A stretch of 64,000 nucleotides of DNA from positions 128,001 to 192,000 of the forward strand of contig JBFXJJ010000001.1 in NCBI GenBank assembly GCA_050175015.1. The letters run 5' to 3'. The notes under the pieces were generated by a model. It did not search any database. It was given only the letters and a program-made list of their open reading frames with translations, and was not told where the DNA came from. How positions within the stretch are numbered: position 1 is the first letter of the stretch; every line of letters starts with the position of its first letter. The stretch comes from Alphaproteobacteria bacterium. GTDB taxonomy: Bacteria > Pseudomonadota > Alphaproteobacteria > JBFXJJ01. Position numbers and translations under genes: made by a program. Shown here in pieces: positions 1 through 8,234 of the stretch.

Positions 1-1
1 T

Positions 2-220
2 CTGGAACATTTGAATGTTATGGATAATCCCGAATGCACGCCAGAACAAGCACTAAAGGCCTGGGGAAAAGTATTTAACAATACGGATTTCTTTGATGCC
101 CGAATCCAAGAACGGAAAAGTGCCAACAACGCAATAGGTAGCATGGCAATTATTAAAGAAGCTGAACGGTTGAACCTTAACTCGCCTGTTAATAAACAGG
201 GGAACAATGAATATGCCTGA
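2..220 (+). CDS. C-terminal fragment of a CBASS CD-NTase (cyclic oligonucleotide synthase), truncated by window start
   Basis: Frame is open from base 2. ALKAWGKVFNNTDFF and a flexible tail ending PVNKQGNNEYA resemble type II CD-NTase C-termini. Stop overlaps the start of Cap2. Catalytic core is outside the window. Confidence 0.7.
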   Translation: MEHLNVMDNPECTPEQALKAWGKVFNNTDFFDARIQERKSANNAIGSMAIIKEAERLNLNSPVNKQGNNEYA

Positions 221-2051
221 AGATGACTTGTTTTGGATCGAATTGCACAGGAAAGCAGCCAATGAAATAGAAGAATACTTTATGGCGGCGGGCTGGCATT
301 TTATCCCTCTGAAAGATGAAGAGATAAATAAAAGCTATTCTGGGCGAAAAATTTCCTTCGGTTGGAGTTTGTTGTTTTCTTTTCCTTGTGGAACGAAAAA
401 ACGCCTGCATTTGCTTATTGATAAAAACTTTCCTTATTCCCTTCCCCGGGTAGCATTAGAAGACAAAAGCTTTTATATGAAATGGCCTCATGTTGAAGAA
501 GATGGCATTCTTTGTCTTGGATCAAAAAATAGCAACGCTATAGATAATAGCAATATTGCATGCATGGTTTTCGGTGCGTTTAGATCAGCTTATGAACTAA
601 TAGAAGCTTGTCTTGACGAAAGCTGTTTTTCTGACTTTGACACAGAATTTAATTCATATTGGTGCAGAGAAGAGCACGACTCAGAGGCCTTTTTATCCCT
701 ATTGGATGATTCCAGAAAAACGCGAAAAGTTATGTTCGCCAACGTAAAAGATAGAGTTCTTGTTTGCGACGATAAAAAACATGGACAACGCTGGATAAAC
801 AACTTTTTTACCTTCAAACCAGAAGAGAAAGTTACCTTTAAAAAAGGAGTTTTTCTATGGCTATCTAAACCGTTAAGACCACCATATCCCAAGTCCGGAA
901 AAGAGGTGCTTTCTTTAATAAAAGAGTGTGCGGAACAAAGCGATGCTAAAATTATAGGAGAAACTTTAAAAGATATTCCCAATACGTTTCCAATTTTTTT
1001 TGGCTTTGAAACAAAAAACGGCCCTGCATTAGGCTGTTTTTATACCGAGAGACCAAAAACAGAAAAGCTTCCTAATGGGAAAGAGATTAATCCAATAACA
1101 AACGGATTTCGTCCTGGCAAAATTCCTTTTAAAGTCATAACCACACGATATTTATCAAAGGCTGATATAAAACCAAGAAAAGTAGATAGAGTTGATCATG
1201 CTTGGTTGCATGGCAGGGCTGTAGATGAGACTTCTAATTCTATTAGAAACAAATCTGTTGCTATAATAGGGCTAGGGGCTGTTGGAAGTTTTGTCGCGGC
1301 AATACTTGTCAAAGCTGGTGTAGGAAACATAGTTCTAATTGACGACGACAAACTGTCATGGGTGAACATAGGCCGTCATGTCTTGGGTGCGCAACATGTT
1401 GGCAAATACAAGAGCCGTGCCCTATCCGAAGATTTAAGAAGAAACCATCCAAATCTCAATGTGATTTATGATGATCCATCAATTATTCAGAGTGTGTTGC
1501 TCGAAAGAATAGATGTCTTGCAAAAGTGCGATATAATAATAGACCTTACAGCCGATTGGATAGCAAAAAGTATATTGAATGAGTTTTGGCATAGAGGGAT
1601 GCTAAGCGCCCCCCTTGTTTTTGGCTGGACAGAACGCTTTGGGGTAGCAGGCCATGCTATTGCACTAATAAACAAAAATCATGGCTGTTATCAATGTGGA
1701 TGCAATTTTGATGGCGGTTTATTAAATCCCTTAACAAACTGGCCAGAGGATATGCCTGTTTTTCAAGAACCTGCCTGCGGAACTGTTTTTCAGCCTTATG
1801 GGCCTACGGAACAGGGGTTTTCTAATTCACTGATCAGCAATCTTATTATTGATGTTCTAATGAAAAACATAGAGCAGTCCGTTCATAGAGTTTGGGTTGG
1901 CCCAAAGAAAAAAATTAACCATTATCGTGGGTGTATTTCTGATGATTGGAAGGAAATAACCAAACATATAGAAGAGCATGGTGGTATTGTTTGCAGGAAT
2001 TGGGAAAGACGAAAAGATTGTCCAGTCTGCGGAAAAGGGTACACGCGATGA
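207..2051 (+). CDS. cap2: CBASS Cap2, E2-E1 (ThiF) ubiquitin-transferase-like fusion
   Basis: E2 motif WPHVEEDGILCL; ThiF nucleotide-binding IIGLGAVGS and NIGRH; E1 catalytic Cys region QEPACGTVFQPYG; Zn ligands CYQC and CPVC; followed by a JAB gene. Confidence 0.9.
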   Translation: MNMPEDDLFWIELHRKAANEIEEYFMAAGWHFIPLKDEEINKSYSGRKISFGWSLLFSFPCGTKKRLHLLIDKNFPYSLPRVALEDKSFYMKWPHVEEDGILCLGSKNSNAIDNSNIACMVFGAFRSAYELIEACLDESCFSDFDTEFNSYWCREEHDSEAFLSLLDDSRKTRKVMFANVKDRVLVCDDKKHGQRWINNFFTFKPEEKVTFKKGVFLWLSKPLRPPYPKSGKEVLSLIKECAEQSDAKIIGETLKDIPNTFPIFFGFETKNGPALGCFYTERPKTEKLPNGKEINPITNGFRPGKIPFKVITTRYLSKADIKPRKVDRVDHAWLHGRAVDETSNSIRNKSVAIIGLGAVGSFVAAILVKAGVGNIVLIDDDKLSWVNIGRHVLGAQHVGKYKSRALSEDLRRNHPNLNVIYDDPSIIQSVLLERIDVLQKCDIIIDLTADWIAKSILNEFWHRGMLSAPLVFGWTERFGVAGHAIALINKNHGCYQCGCNFDGGLLNPLTNWPEDMPVFQEPACGTVFQPYGPTEQGFSNSLISNLIIDVLMKNIEQSVHRVWVGPKKKINHYRGCISDDWKEITKHIEEHGGIVCRNWERRKDCPVCGKGYTR

Positions 2052-2515
2052 TGATTTTTTGTTCTGATCAGTTGAGGCAAAAGGTTGTCTTTACAAACCG
2101 TGTAGTCAAACTGTTCAAAAAACACCAACAAACAAATGCAAAAAGCAAGGAAGCAGGGGGACAGCTTTTTGCAAGCTTTGAAAAAGATTCTGTAATCATA
2201 ATGGATGCTTCAGAGCCAAATAGACAAGATATAAGGGGTAAATATTTTTTCCATCCAAACAGAGATAGGGAAAGACAAGACATCAACATTTTTTTTAAGA
2301 AAGGCCTTCATTATGTAGGTGATTGGCACACTCATTTTGAACCAGCTCCTAATCCATCGGATAAAGACAAAGAAACTATTCGGGATTGCTTTATAAAATC
2401 AGACCATAAATTAGATAATTTTATTTTGGTTGTAGTTGGAACAGCCTGTTTCCCTGAAGGATTATCTGTCTCTATTCATAACGACAAAACATATTTGTTT
2501 TTACACAATGTTTAA
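2048..2515 (+). CDS. cap3: CBASS Cap3, JAB/JAMM isopeptidase
   Basis: EAGGQL and YVGDWHTHFEPAPNPSDKD JAMM motif. ATG at 2048 overlaps the Cap2 stop (ATGA), so it is preferred over the ORF-track start at 1946. Confidence 0.9.
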   Translation: MMIFCSDQLRQKVVFTNRVVKLFKKHQQTNAKSKEAGGQLFASFEKDSVIIMDASEPNRQDIRGKYFFHPNRDRERQDINIFFKKGLHYVGDWHTHFEPAPNPSDKDKETIRDCFIKSDHKLDNFILVVVGTACFPEGLSVSIHNDKTYLFLHNV

Positions 2516-3015
2516 TTCAAATAATAGCTTCATCTTACATTCATCTAAAATTGCAGTTATTTCTCTTATCGCTATAACAATGCTTCCCAATTTTACCCAA
2601 AGAACTTGAACTTTTGGCACTTTTATAAATGGTTTTTTCTGCAGCAGTGGCGATATAATTATAATATCATAACAAGTAACTTGTTTAGAGCAAAACCTCT
2701 TTCCTGTTTTTGTCGTTAATAATATTTTTATGGCATAAAAATCAACTTGAAGCACACAAGCATACTTTTCAAAGTTTTCAACTTATTTAAATTTGTCCAA
2801 TATGTACAAGTAAACTAGCGTAATAGCTATTGATTTAGCGTCACTTTTCTGGACAGTTTATTTTAATAAAATTATGATACATCAATTTAAAATAACAAAT
2901 ATGTCCCCCGTAATTATCAAGAAAACATAAGTATATTATTAATTTGTGCTTAGCAAATACGCCCTGCTGAACAATTGTTCTAAGCAGGCTCTAAGGCTAG
3001 CACATTTGTTTAACC

Positions 3016-3048
3016 GCCCGATAGGTTCGTTCCTATCGGGCTTTTTTT
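3016..3048 (+). terminator. Intrinsic terminator immediately upstream of the 3062 ORF
   Basis: Perfect 10-bp stem GCCCGATAGG-ttcgtt-CCTATCGGGC followed by T7. Confidence 0.8.
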
Positions 3049-3061
3049 ATGGGTTGTTATT

Positions 3062-3343
3062 ATGACAGCAGACATTCCTAACTTAAGCTCTGTTTTATCG
3101 CTTTATAAAGCAGAGGAGAAAGATGTTGTTCGCATCTCTTTTACAGAAGTGTTGAACGGAAAGCCTGACCCTTCAGGCATTGTTCAGTATATGCAAGATT
3201 TAGACATCAACATCAAGATATTAATCGACCTTCTTAAAATCAACGAAGATGAAGACGAAGAAGAGCTTTACGCTCATCTTTGCCAAGAAGGCATTGCCAT
3301 TAGCCACAAATCAGACGGCTTGTGGTTTTTATTCACCAATTAA
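3062..3343 (+). CDS. Small acidic hypothetical protein
   Basis: 93-aa ORF, first of a tightly spaced three-gene run; EDEDEEE tract. Confidence 0.65.
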   Translation: MTADIPNLSSVLSLYKAEEKDVVRISFTEVLNGKPDPSGIVQYMQDLDINIKILIDLLKINEDEDEEELYAHLCQEGIAISHKSDGLWFLFTN

Positions 3344-3357
3344 CAAAGGGCAAAACC

Positions 3358-3711
3358 ATGAAAGAAGAAATATTACAACGATTAAAACTTTTGCCAAAAC
3401 TTTGGGCAACCGAGGCAATAGAAACATCTGACTTAAGCTTGCCTCTTTGCCTAAGGTGTAATTGGCATAACTTACTATGGTATCCAGTCGAATTTGACGA
3501 ACAAAGAAATATCATCTATGGACTAACCGTTAAATCCATTCCCGAATGGCGTCATTTCCACGTTGAAGAGTTATTTAAACAATACCAAAGACAACCAGTC
3601 ATCATAAACAGTAATCATATTTGCGTTTCTGCTCCAGAGGTTCCAGAAATTGCAAGATTTATGCTTGATGATATTACCCCATTTATCCCAATGAACGTCA
3701 AAGATATATAG
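3358..3711 (+). CDS. Divergent DUF2958-like protein
   Basis: LPKLWATE...WYPVEFD...IYGL...PEWRHFHVEEL parallels the DUF2958 pattern of the next gene; ATG 3358 follows AAAGGG. Confidence 0.6.
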   Translation: MKEEILQRLKLLPKLWATEAIETSDLSLPLCLRCNWHNLLWYPVEFDEQRNIIYGLTVKSIPEWRHFHVEELFKQYQRQPVIINSNHICVSAPEVPEIARFMLDDITPFIPMNVKDI

Positions 3712-3723
3712 AAAGGAGATATT

Positions 3724-4038
3724 ATGAAGCTTTTAACTAAAGAGATTGAAAAACGCTTACCGCTTAGGCAAGAAAATCCAAGCGAGAAAATAGGAGAATT
3801 AGTTGCCCATGTTAAATTCTTTACACCGTGGGCTGGCTGGACGTGGTTTGCTTGCGAATACAATAGAGATGAGAGGACATTTTTCGGCTGGGTGATAGGT
3901 CTTGAGCAAGAAGCAGGCTATTTTAGTTTAGATGAATTAGAAGAACTTCAGGGACCATTTGGCTTAAAAGTAGAGCGAGATTTGTATTTTGAGCCAACCA
4001 AACTTAAAGATATTCCTGAAGTAAAGCTTATTTATTAG
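3724..4038 (+). CDS. DUF2958 family protein
   Basis: VKFFTPWAGWTWF, FFGWVIGLEQEAGYFSLDEL, GLKVERDLYF; RBS AAGGAG. Confidence 0.85.
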   Translation: MKLLTKEIEKRLPLRQENPSEKIGELVAHVKFFTPWAGWTWFACEYNRDERTFFGWVIGLEQEAGYFSLDELEELQGPFGLKVERDLYFEPTKLKDIPEVKLIY

Positions 4039-4175
4039 CTTGTTTAGTCATAACTCGTCATTTTTCAGCACAATTTACTTAACAATATATTGAGGGCTTT
4101 TGAAAGCAATTTTCAGTAAATGACTTCTTACGCCCTCTAATTATTGTTAACAATTATTTTTATGGAGAGTAAAAA

Positions 4176-5345
4176 ATGGCAAAAATTAAGCTTAATGCCA
4201 ACGTAGTTGCAAAAATTAAACCAACAGGAGAAAGAAATGATAAGGAACGTTATTATTGTTCTGAAAACATAGGCCTTATGCTTGAAGTAAGAGCAACAGG
4301 AGTAAAAACATTTTATGTCAATTATCAATTACCTGATGGAACAAAACGTCAATTCAAGATAGGTAGATATCCTGAAATTTCTTTTGAGAATGCCAAGAAA
4401 AAAACTTTGGAAATTAGGGGCTTAGCTATGACAGGAGTTGACCCCACAAATTCAAGACAAAAGTCAAGGGGCACTCCATTGTTTTGTGAATTTGCGGATA
4501 CATATCTTAAACATGTTAAGGATCAAAAATCATCTTGGAAAGACGATGAATGTATTATTAGAATTTGGCTTAATCCTAATTTTGGCAGAAAGAAACTAGA
4601 CCAGATTGATACTGTTGATATTAGCCGTCTTCACAATACTATGAAACAAAGTCGTTCATCTGCTACCGCAAATAGAACGTTATCTATAATCAAGCATATG
4701 TTTAATGTTGCCATTAGCTGGGGAGAGATTAACAAAAATCCAGCAAAGGGCATTAAAAAATTTAGAGAAAACCAAAAAGAAAGATATTTGTCTGTTGAAG
4801 AAATCAAAAGACTCATGGCTGTTCTTAATGAGGAAAAAAATCACTCCATTGCATCTCTTGTTATGTTGCTATTATTTACAGGTGCCAGAAAGTCTGAAGC
4901 CCTGAAAATGAAATGGTCTGATGTTGATTTTAAAAATGCAATCTGGACAGTTCCCCAAGAGAACTCAAAATCAAGAAAAGTGAGACATATTCCTTTATCC
5001 AATATTGCGATTAGGATTTTGCAAAACATTGAGCGGGTAGAGGATTCTCCTTATGTTTTTGTTGGTAGATATGACATTTACAAACCAATGAACAGTCCTA
5101 AAAAAACTTGGTATAAGATTAGAGAACTAGCAGGATTACCAGATGTTAGGCTTCATGATTTAAGACATAGTTATGCTTCTTTGCTGGTCTCTAATGGACG
5201 TTCCTTATATGAGGTTCAAAAGATATTAGGACACAGCTCTCCTAACATGACTCAAAGATACAGTCATTTTAGCAAGGATACTCTAATAACAGCGGTTAAT
5301 TCTGTTGGCAATTCGTTAAACGACATTTTAGTTATAGAAGCCTGA
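4176..5345 (+). CDS. int: Tyrosine recombinase/integrase with N-terminal arm-DNA-binding domain
   Basis: TGARKSE, RLHDLRH, LGH and TQRY catalytic residues intact; N-terminal GVKTFYVNY...IGRYPEIS arm-binding pattern. Confidence 0.95.
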   Translation: MAKIKLNANVVAKIKPTGERNDKERYYCSENIGLMLEVRATGVKTFYVNYQLPDGTKRQFKIGRYPEISFENAKKKTLEIRGLAMTGVDPTNSRQKSRGTPLFCEFADTYLKHVKDQKSSWKDDECIIRIWLNPNFGRKKLDQIDTVDISRLHNTMKQSRSSATANRTLSIIKHMFNVAISWGEINKNPAKGIKKFRENQKERYLSVEEIKRLMAVLNEEKNHSIASLVMLLLFTGARKSEALKMKWSDVDFKNAIWTVPQENSKSRKVRHIPLSNIAIRILQNIERVEDSPYVFVGRYDIYKPMNSPKKTWYKIRELAGLPDVRLHDLRHSYASLLVSNGRSLYEVQKILGHSSPNMTQRYSHFSKDTLITAVNSVGNSLNDILVIEA

Positions 5346-5356
5346 GTTTAGTTTAT

Positions 5357-5402
5357 GAGACAAGAATTGGTATTATTTATCAGTTCTTGTTTCTTTTTTT
5401 TG
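5357..5402 (+). terminator. Probable terminator after the integrase
   Basis: GAGACAAGAATTG...CAGTTCTTGTTTC imperfect stem followed by a T run. Confidence 0.55.
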
Positions 5403-5461
5403 TAATTAATCAAAAAGTGTAGTGCATCAATTTGATGTTTTTAACTTTCAGGAGAAATGCA

Positions 5462-5687
5462 ATGGGAATAACGATAAAGAGAGAGACTCAACCAGAAAAA
5501 CTTTTAACACCTAAAGAAGCAGGAGAGTATCTGCAAGTGGCTCCAGCTACTTTAGAAAAATGGCGTATGAAAAAAAATTGGTCCTAAATATGCTAGGTTT
5601 GCCAATAGAACAGTTAGGTATAGCAAAGTTGATTTAGAAAACTTTGTTTTTGAAAATAAAATTATGCCAACCGCCCAAAAAAATTAA
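5462..5687 (+). pseudogene. Excisionase-like HTH (HTH_17/AlpA-type) gene frameshifted in an A8 tract
   Basis: ATG 5462 gives MGITIKRETQPEKLLTPKEAGEYLQVAPATLEKWRMKK and then stops early. Removing one A from 5570-5577 continues IGPKYARFANRTVRYSKVDLENFV...TAA 5687. Absent from the ORF track. Confidence 0.8.
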
Positions 5688-5891
5688 GGCTCTTATTTTT
5701 TTTATTTTCGGATTTTTAATGGTTTTAGCAATAATAAACGCTACCCTAAACATATTGCCCTTATCCAAAACGGATAAGGGCTTTGTGTTATTCTTTTTAC
5801 TTTTAGCTAAATCATTAAAAACACATAGAAATCTACAGTTTTCCACATTATGACCTGTCAGAATTATTGTCTTTCTAAACACTAATTTCTG

Positions 5892-5926
5892 TAACGTCCA
5901 ATTTTGTCGCACATAGGTGTCATCTT
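5892..5926 (+). promoter_or_regulatory. Putative DriD box plus -10 element upstream of the dnaQ-like gene
   Basis: TAACGTC-N7-GTCGCAC; TGTCGC-N10-CATCTT. Confidence 0.6.
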
Positions 5927-5961
5927 TATAAACAACAATTAGTTTATAAGGAGGTGTTGCT

Positions 5962-6858
5962 ATGCGAGAGATAGTTTTAGATGTTGAAACAACTGGTTTG
6001 TCTGCAAAAAATGGGAATAGAATTGTTGAGATAGCAGGAATAGAGGTTATAAATTATGTTCCAACAGGAAAATATTTTCAGGCTTATGTGAATCCAGAAA
6101 GAGAAAGCGATGCTGACGCTTTTAAAGTTCATAATTTAACTACAGAGTTTTTATCACAGAAGCCTTTGTTTAAAGAAATTGCTTCTGATTTTTTAGAGTT
6201 TATCAAAGACAGTCCGTTAGTTATTCATAATGCCCCTTTTGATATGAGTTTTATTCAAAACGAGCTTAAAATCGCAGGCTTGCCAATTCTTCAAAATAAA
6301 ATAGTTGATACATTAGAAATTGCTAGGAAGGCGTTTCCTGGAATTTCTAATTCATTAGATAGCCTATGCAAAAGGTTTAACATTGATATTTCCGAAAGAG
6401 AAATTCATGCCGCTCTTTTAGATGTTGAGTTGTTGGCAAAAGTCTATTTAGAGCTGATGGGCGGCTCTCAAACCAAAATGACTTTTGCTGTTAATGAGGA
6501 ATGTAATGTAAAGTCAGAAAAGAAATTTTATCCCCCAAGACCTCATTTTCCAAGTGAAGATGAGTTAGATGCTCATAAAAAAATGTTTAGCGATAATTAT
6601 ATGTGGTGCTGGAAAAATGACTTAGAAAAAATGCCCTTAAAAGATTTTATGTTAAAACATAATCTTGAAAGATTCTTTCCAGCCTTTTTTAATGAAGAAT
6701 ATAAACTTTTTACTGATTTAAGTATCAAGGCTCTAGGTGATACAGGAAACGCATCAGAGGCAAGATTATTTTGCTTGCTTGAAGCATTAATTAAAAAACA
6801 TCGAATTGAAAATTTAAAAAACATACTTGATAAAATCAGAAACAAACAACCTATTTAA
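5962..6858 (+). CDS. dnaQ: DNA polymerase III epsilon (DEDDh 3'-5' exonuclease) with extra C-terminal region
   Basis: LDVETTG, HNAPFD, HAALLD; PPRPHFPSEDELDAH tail, then about 80 extra residues; RBS AAGGAGG. Confidence 0.85.
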   Translation: MREIVLDVETTGLSAKNGNRIVEIAGIEVINYVPTGKYFQAYVNPERESDADAFKVHNLTTEFLSQKPLFKEIASDFLEFIKDSPLVIHNAPFDMSFIQNELKIAGLPILQNKIVDTLEIARKAFPGISNSLDSLCKRFNIDISEREIHAALLDVELLAKVYLELMGGSQTKMTFAVNEECNVKSEKKFYPPRPHFPSEDELDAHKKMFSDNYMWCWKNDLEKMPLKDFMLKHNLERFFPAFFNEEYKLFTDLSIKALGDTGNASEARLFCLLEALIKKHRIENLKNILDKIRNKQPI

Positions 6859-6877
6859 GATAGAAACACAAACAACA

Positions 6878-6912
6878 AAACGTCCAAATTTATCGTGTAT
6901 ATATGACATTTA
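6878..6912 (+). promoter_or_regulatory. Degenerate copy of the 5892 motif upstream of the UDG-fold gene
   Basis: AAACGTC-CAAATTT-ATCGTGTATATATGACAT aligns ungapped with TAACGTC-CAATTTT-GTCGCACATAGGTGTCAT. Confidence 0.5.
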
Positions 6913-6988
6913 TTTGTTGTAAAAACTTATTTTAACTTGCCTAATAAAAACTAACTTAAAGTTTAAAAACAAATTGGAGGAGAAAATT

Positions 6989-7702
6989 ATGCAAAACCAG
7001 AAATTAGAAGATATTCAAGCCAACATTTATGACTTTCTTGATAAAGCAAATAAGGTTCTACTGAAAGAAGACTCTCTTTTTTATGGCGGACAATATATAA
7101 CAGGTTGCCTTGAAAATCCTAAAATTCTTTTTATTGGTATTAATCCAGGTTTTGCAGCAAACGATGAATGGGGAGACCGTCCACATACTTTTAATCGGAA
7201 AACTTTTTCTCAAAAAGATTGTAAATATATTGAAGAAGCAAAACGAAAAAACTCTTTGGCTCTTAAAGTTGTTGAATATCTTCTAAATAACGAAAATGAT
7301 TTACTAAAAAAATGTGCTGAAACAAGTTTTAAATCTTTCTTTGCTACATCTAATGAAAACGGTATTGATGGCTCATTAAAAAATCTATCCTCCTCTGGAT
7401 TGCAAGTAGAACATCATAAAATTATGAACGATGCAATCAAAACAATTATAGAAGAAATTTCTCCTGAAAATATTGTATTTATTGGAAAAACAGTCTTTGA
7501 CAATTTTGTTTGTACCTTTGGTTGTAAAAAAACAGAAATAAAAGAAATGACTTCACTAAGCGGAAAAACAAAACGTATTTTTTATCAAAAAACGTTTTTT
7601 AACGGAATACCAACTCACGGGGTTTTACATTTATCTGGAGCTCAACCCTCTACTAAAATTTTGGACGAGCTAAAAAATATTTTTAAATCTGTAATTAGCT
7701 AA
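6989..7702 (+). CDS. Uracil-DNA-glycosylase-like fold protein
   Basis: ILFIGINPG (motif A-like), PENIVFIGK, VLHLSG (motif B-like); ATG 6989 follows GGAGG. Confidence 0.65.
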   Translation: MQNQKLEDIQANIYDFLDKANKVLLKEDSLFYGGQYITGCLENPKILFIGINPGFAANDEWGDRPHTFNRKTFSQKDCKYIEEAKRKNSLALKVVEYLLNNENDLLKKCAETSFKSFFATSNENGIDGSLKNLSSSGLQVEHHKIMNDAIKTIIEEISPENIVFIGKTVFDNFVCTFGCKKTEIKEMTSLSGKTKRIFYQKTFFNGIPTHGVLHLSGAQPSTKILDELKNIFKSVIS

Positions 7703-7719
7703 ACTTTTTTAAACGCCAT

Positions 7720-7752
7720 AAAAGAGCCTGCTTTAAAACAGGTTCTTTTTTT
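7720..7752. terminator. Bidirectional terminator between convergent genes
   Basis: AAAAGAGCCTG-loop-CAGGTTCTTTTTTT. Confidence 0.7.
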
Positions 7753-8113
7753 ATGTTCTATAATGGCTATCGGTTTTGATGATATAGTTTTGTCTTAAAA
7801 GACCAAATTCGTTGATAATTTTTTGCATGATAGATTTTTTTAAAAGTTTTCTATCCGCATAGATATAAAACCGTTTTTCTGGCACATGATAAGAAACACG
7901 ACCTCTTGGCACTTCATCATATTCAAAATCATGAAAAACAGAAGAAAATCCTGTTTTAAGCTCCATCTCTTCCCAAAAATCCACATGCCCTTTATCGTGA
8001 ATTAAAAAAACACCATAAGAAACAGCATTATCAAGCAAAGTCTTATCACAAATAAGCTCCAAAGACTTAAACCAGAAAATGCCAACATAAATATTTTTAT
8101 TTGTATCTGTCAT
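7751..8113 (-). CDS. Conserved-looking hypothetical protein
   Basis: 120 aa with YVGIFW, EYDEVPRGRV, FYIYAD and DSHY motifs; function not recognised. Confidence 0.7.
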   Translation of the reverse strand: MTDTNKNIYVGIFWFKSLELICDKTLLDNAVSYGVFLIHDKGHVDFWEEMELKTGFSSVFHDFEYDEVPRGRVSYHVPEKRFYIYADRKLLKKSIMQKIINEFGLLRQNYIIKTDSHYRT

Positions 8114-8119
8114 ATATTA

Positions 8120-8154
8120 ATAATAACAGCCAATAACGTCACAAATGGACATGT
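8120..8154 (-). promoter_or_regulatory. Putative DriD box in the divergent region, with -10 placed for a leaderless transcript
   Basis: Plus strand TAACGTC-N7-GACATGT. Minus strand reads TGACGT-N10-TATTAT-N6-ATG(8113). Confidence 0.55.
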
Positions 8155-8234
8155 TAGAAAACATAATCTAAAAACATTTTAATGCTTTCATAATTGTCAT
8201 AATATTTAAGTTTATCTTTTAAAGGAGTTTTCTT

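Noticed and set aside
1946-2047. N-terminal extension of the JAB ORF in the ORF track
   Set aside because: It overlaps the Cap2 C-terminus by about 100 bp; the ATGA-coupled start at 2048 is more plausible.
2791-2872. Additional DriD-like boxes (TGTC-N7-TACA at about 2794; CGTC-N9-GACA at 2839)
   Set aside because: Spacing or half-sites deviate from the 7-bp pattern, so they are not counted in the regulon. The second is kept only as a weak promoter candidate.
5634-5912. Short ORFs of 69 and 92 aa between the excisionase remnant and dnaQ
   Set aside because: No RBS or motifs; they overlap the excisionase tail, a hairpin and a promoter.
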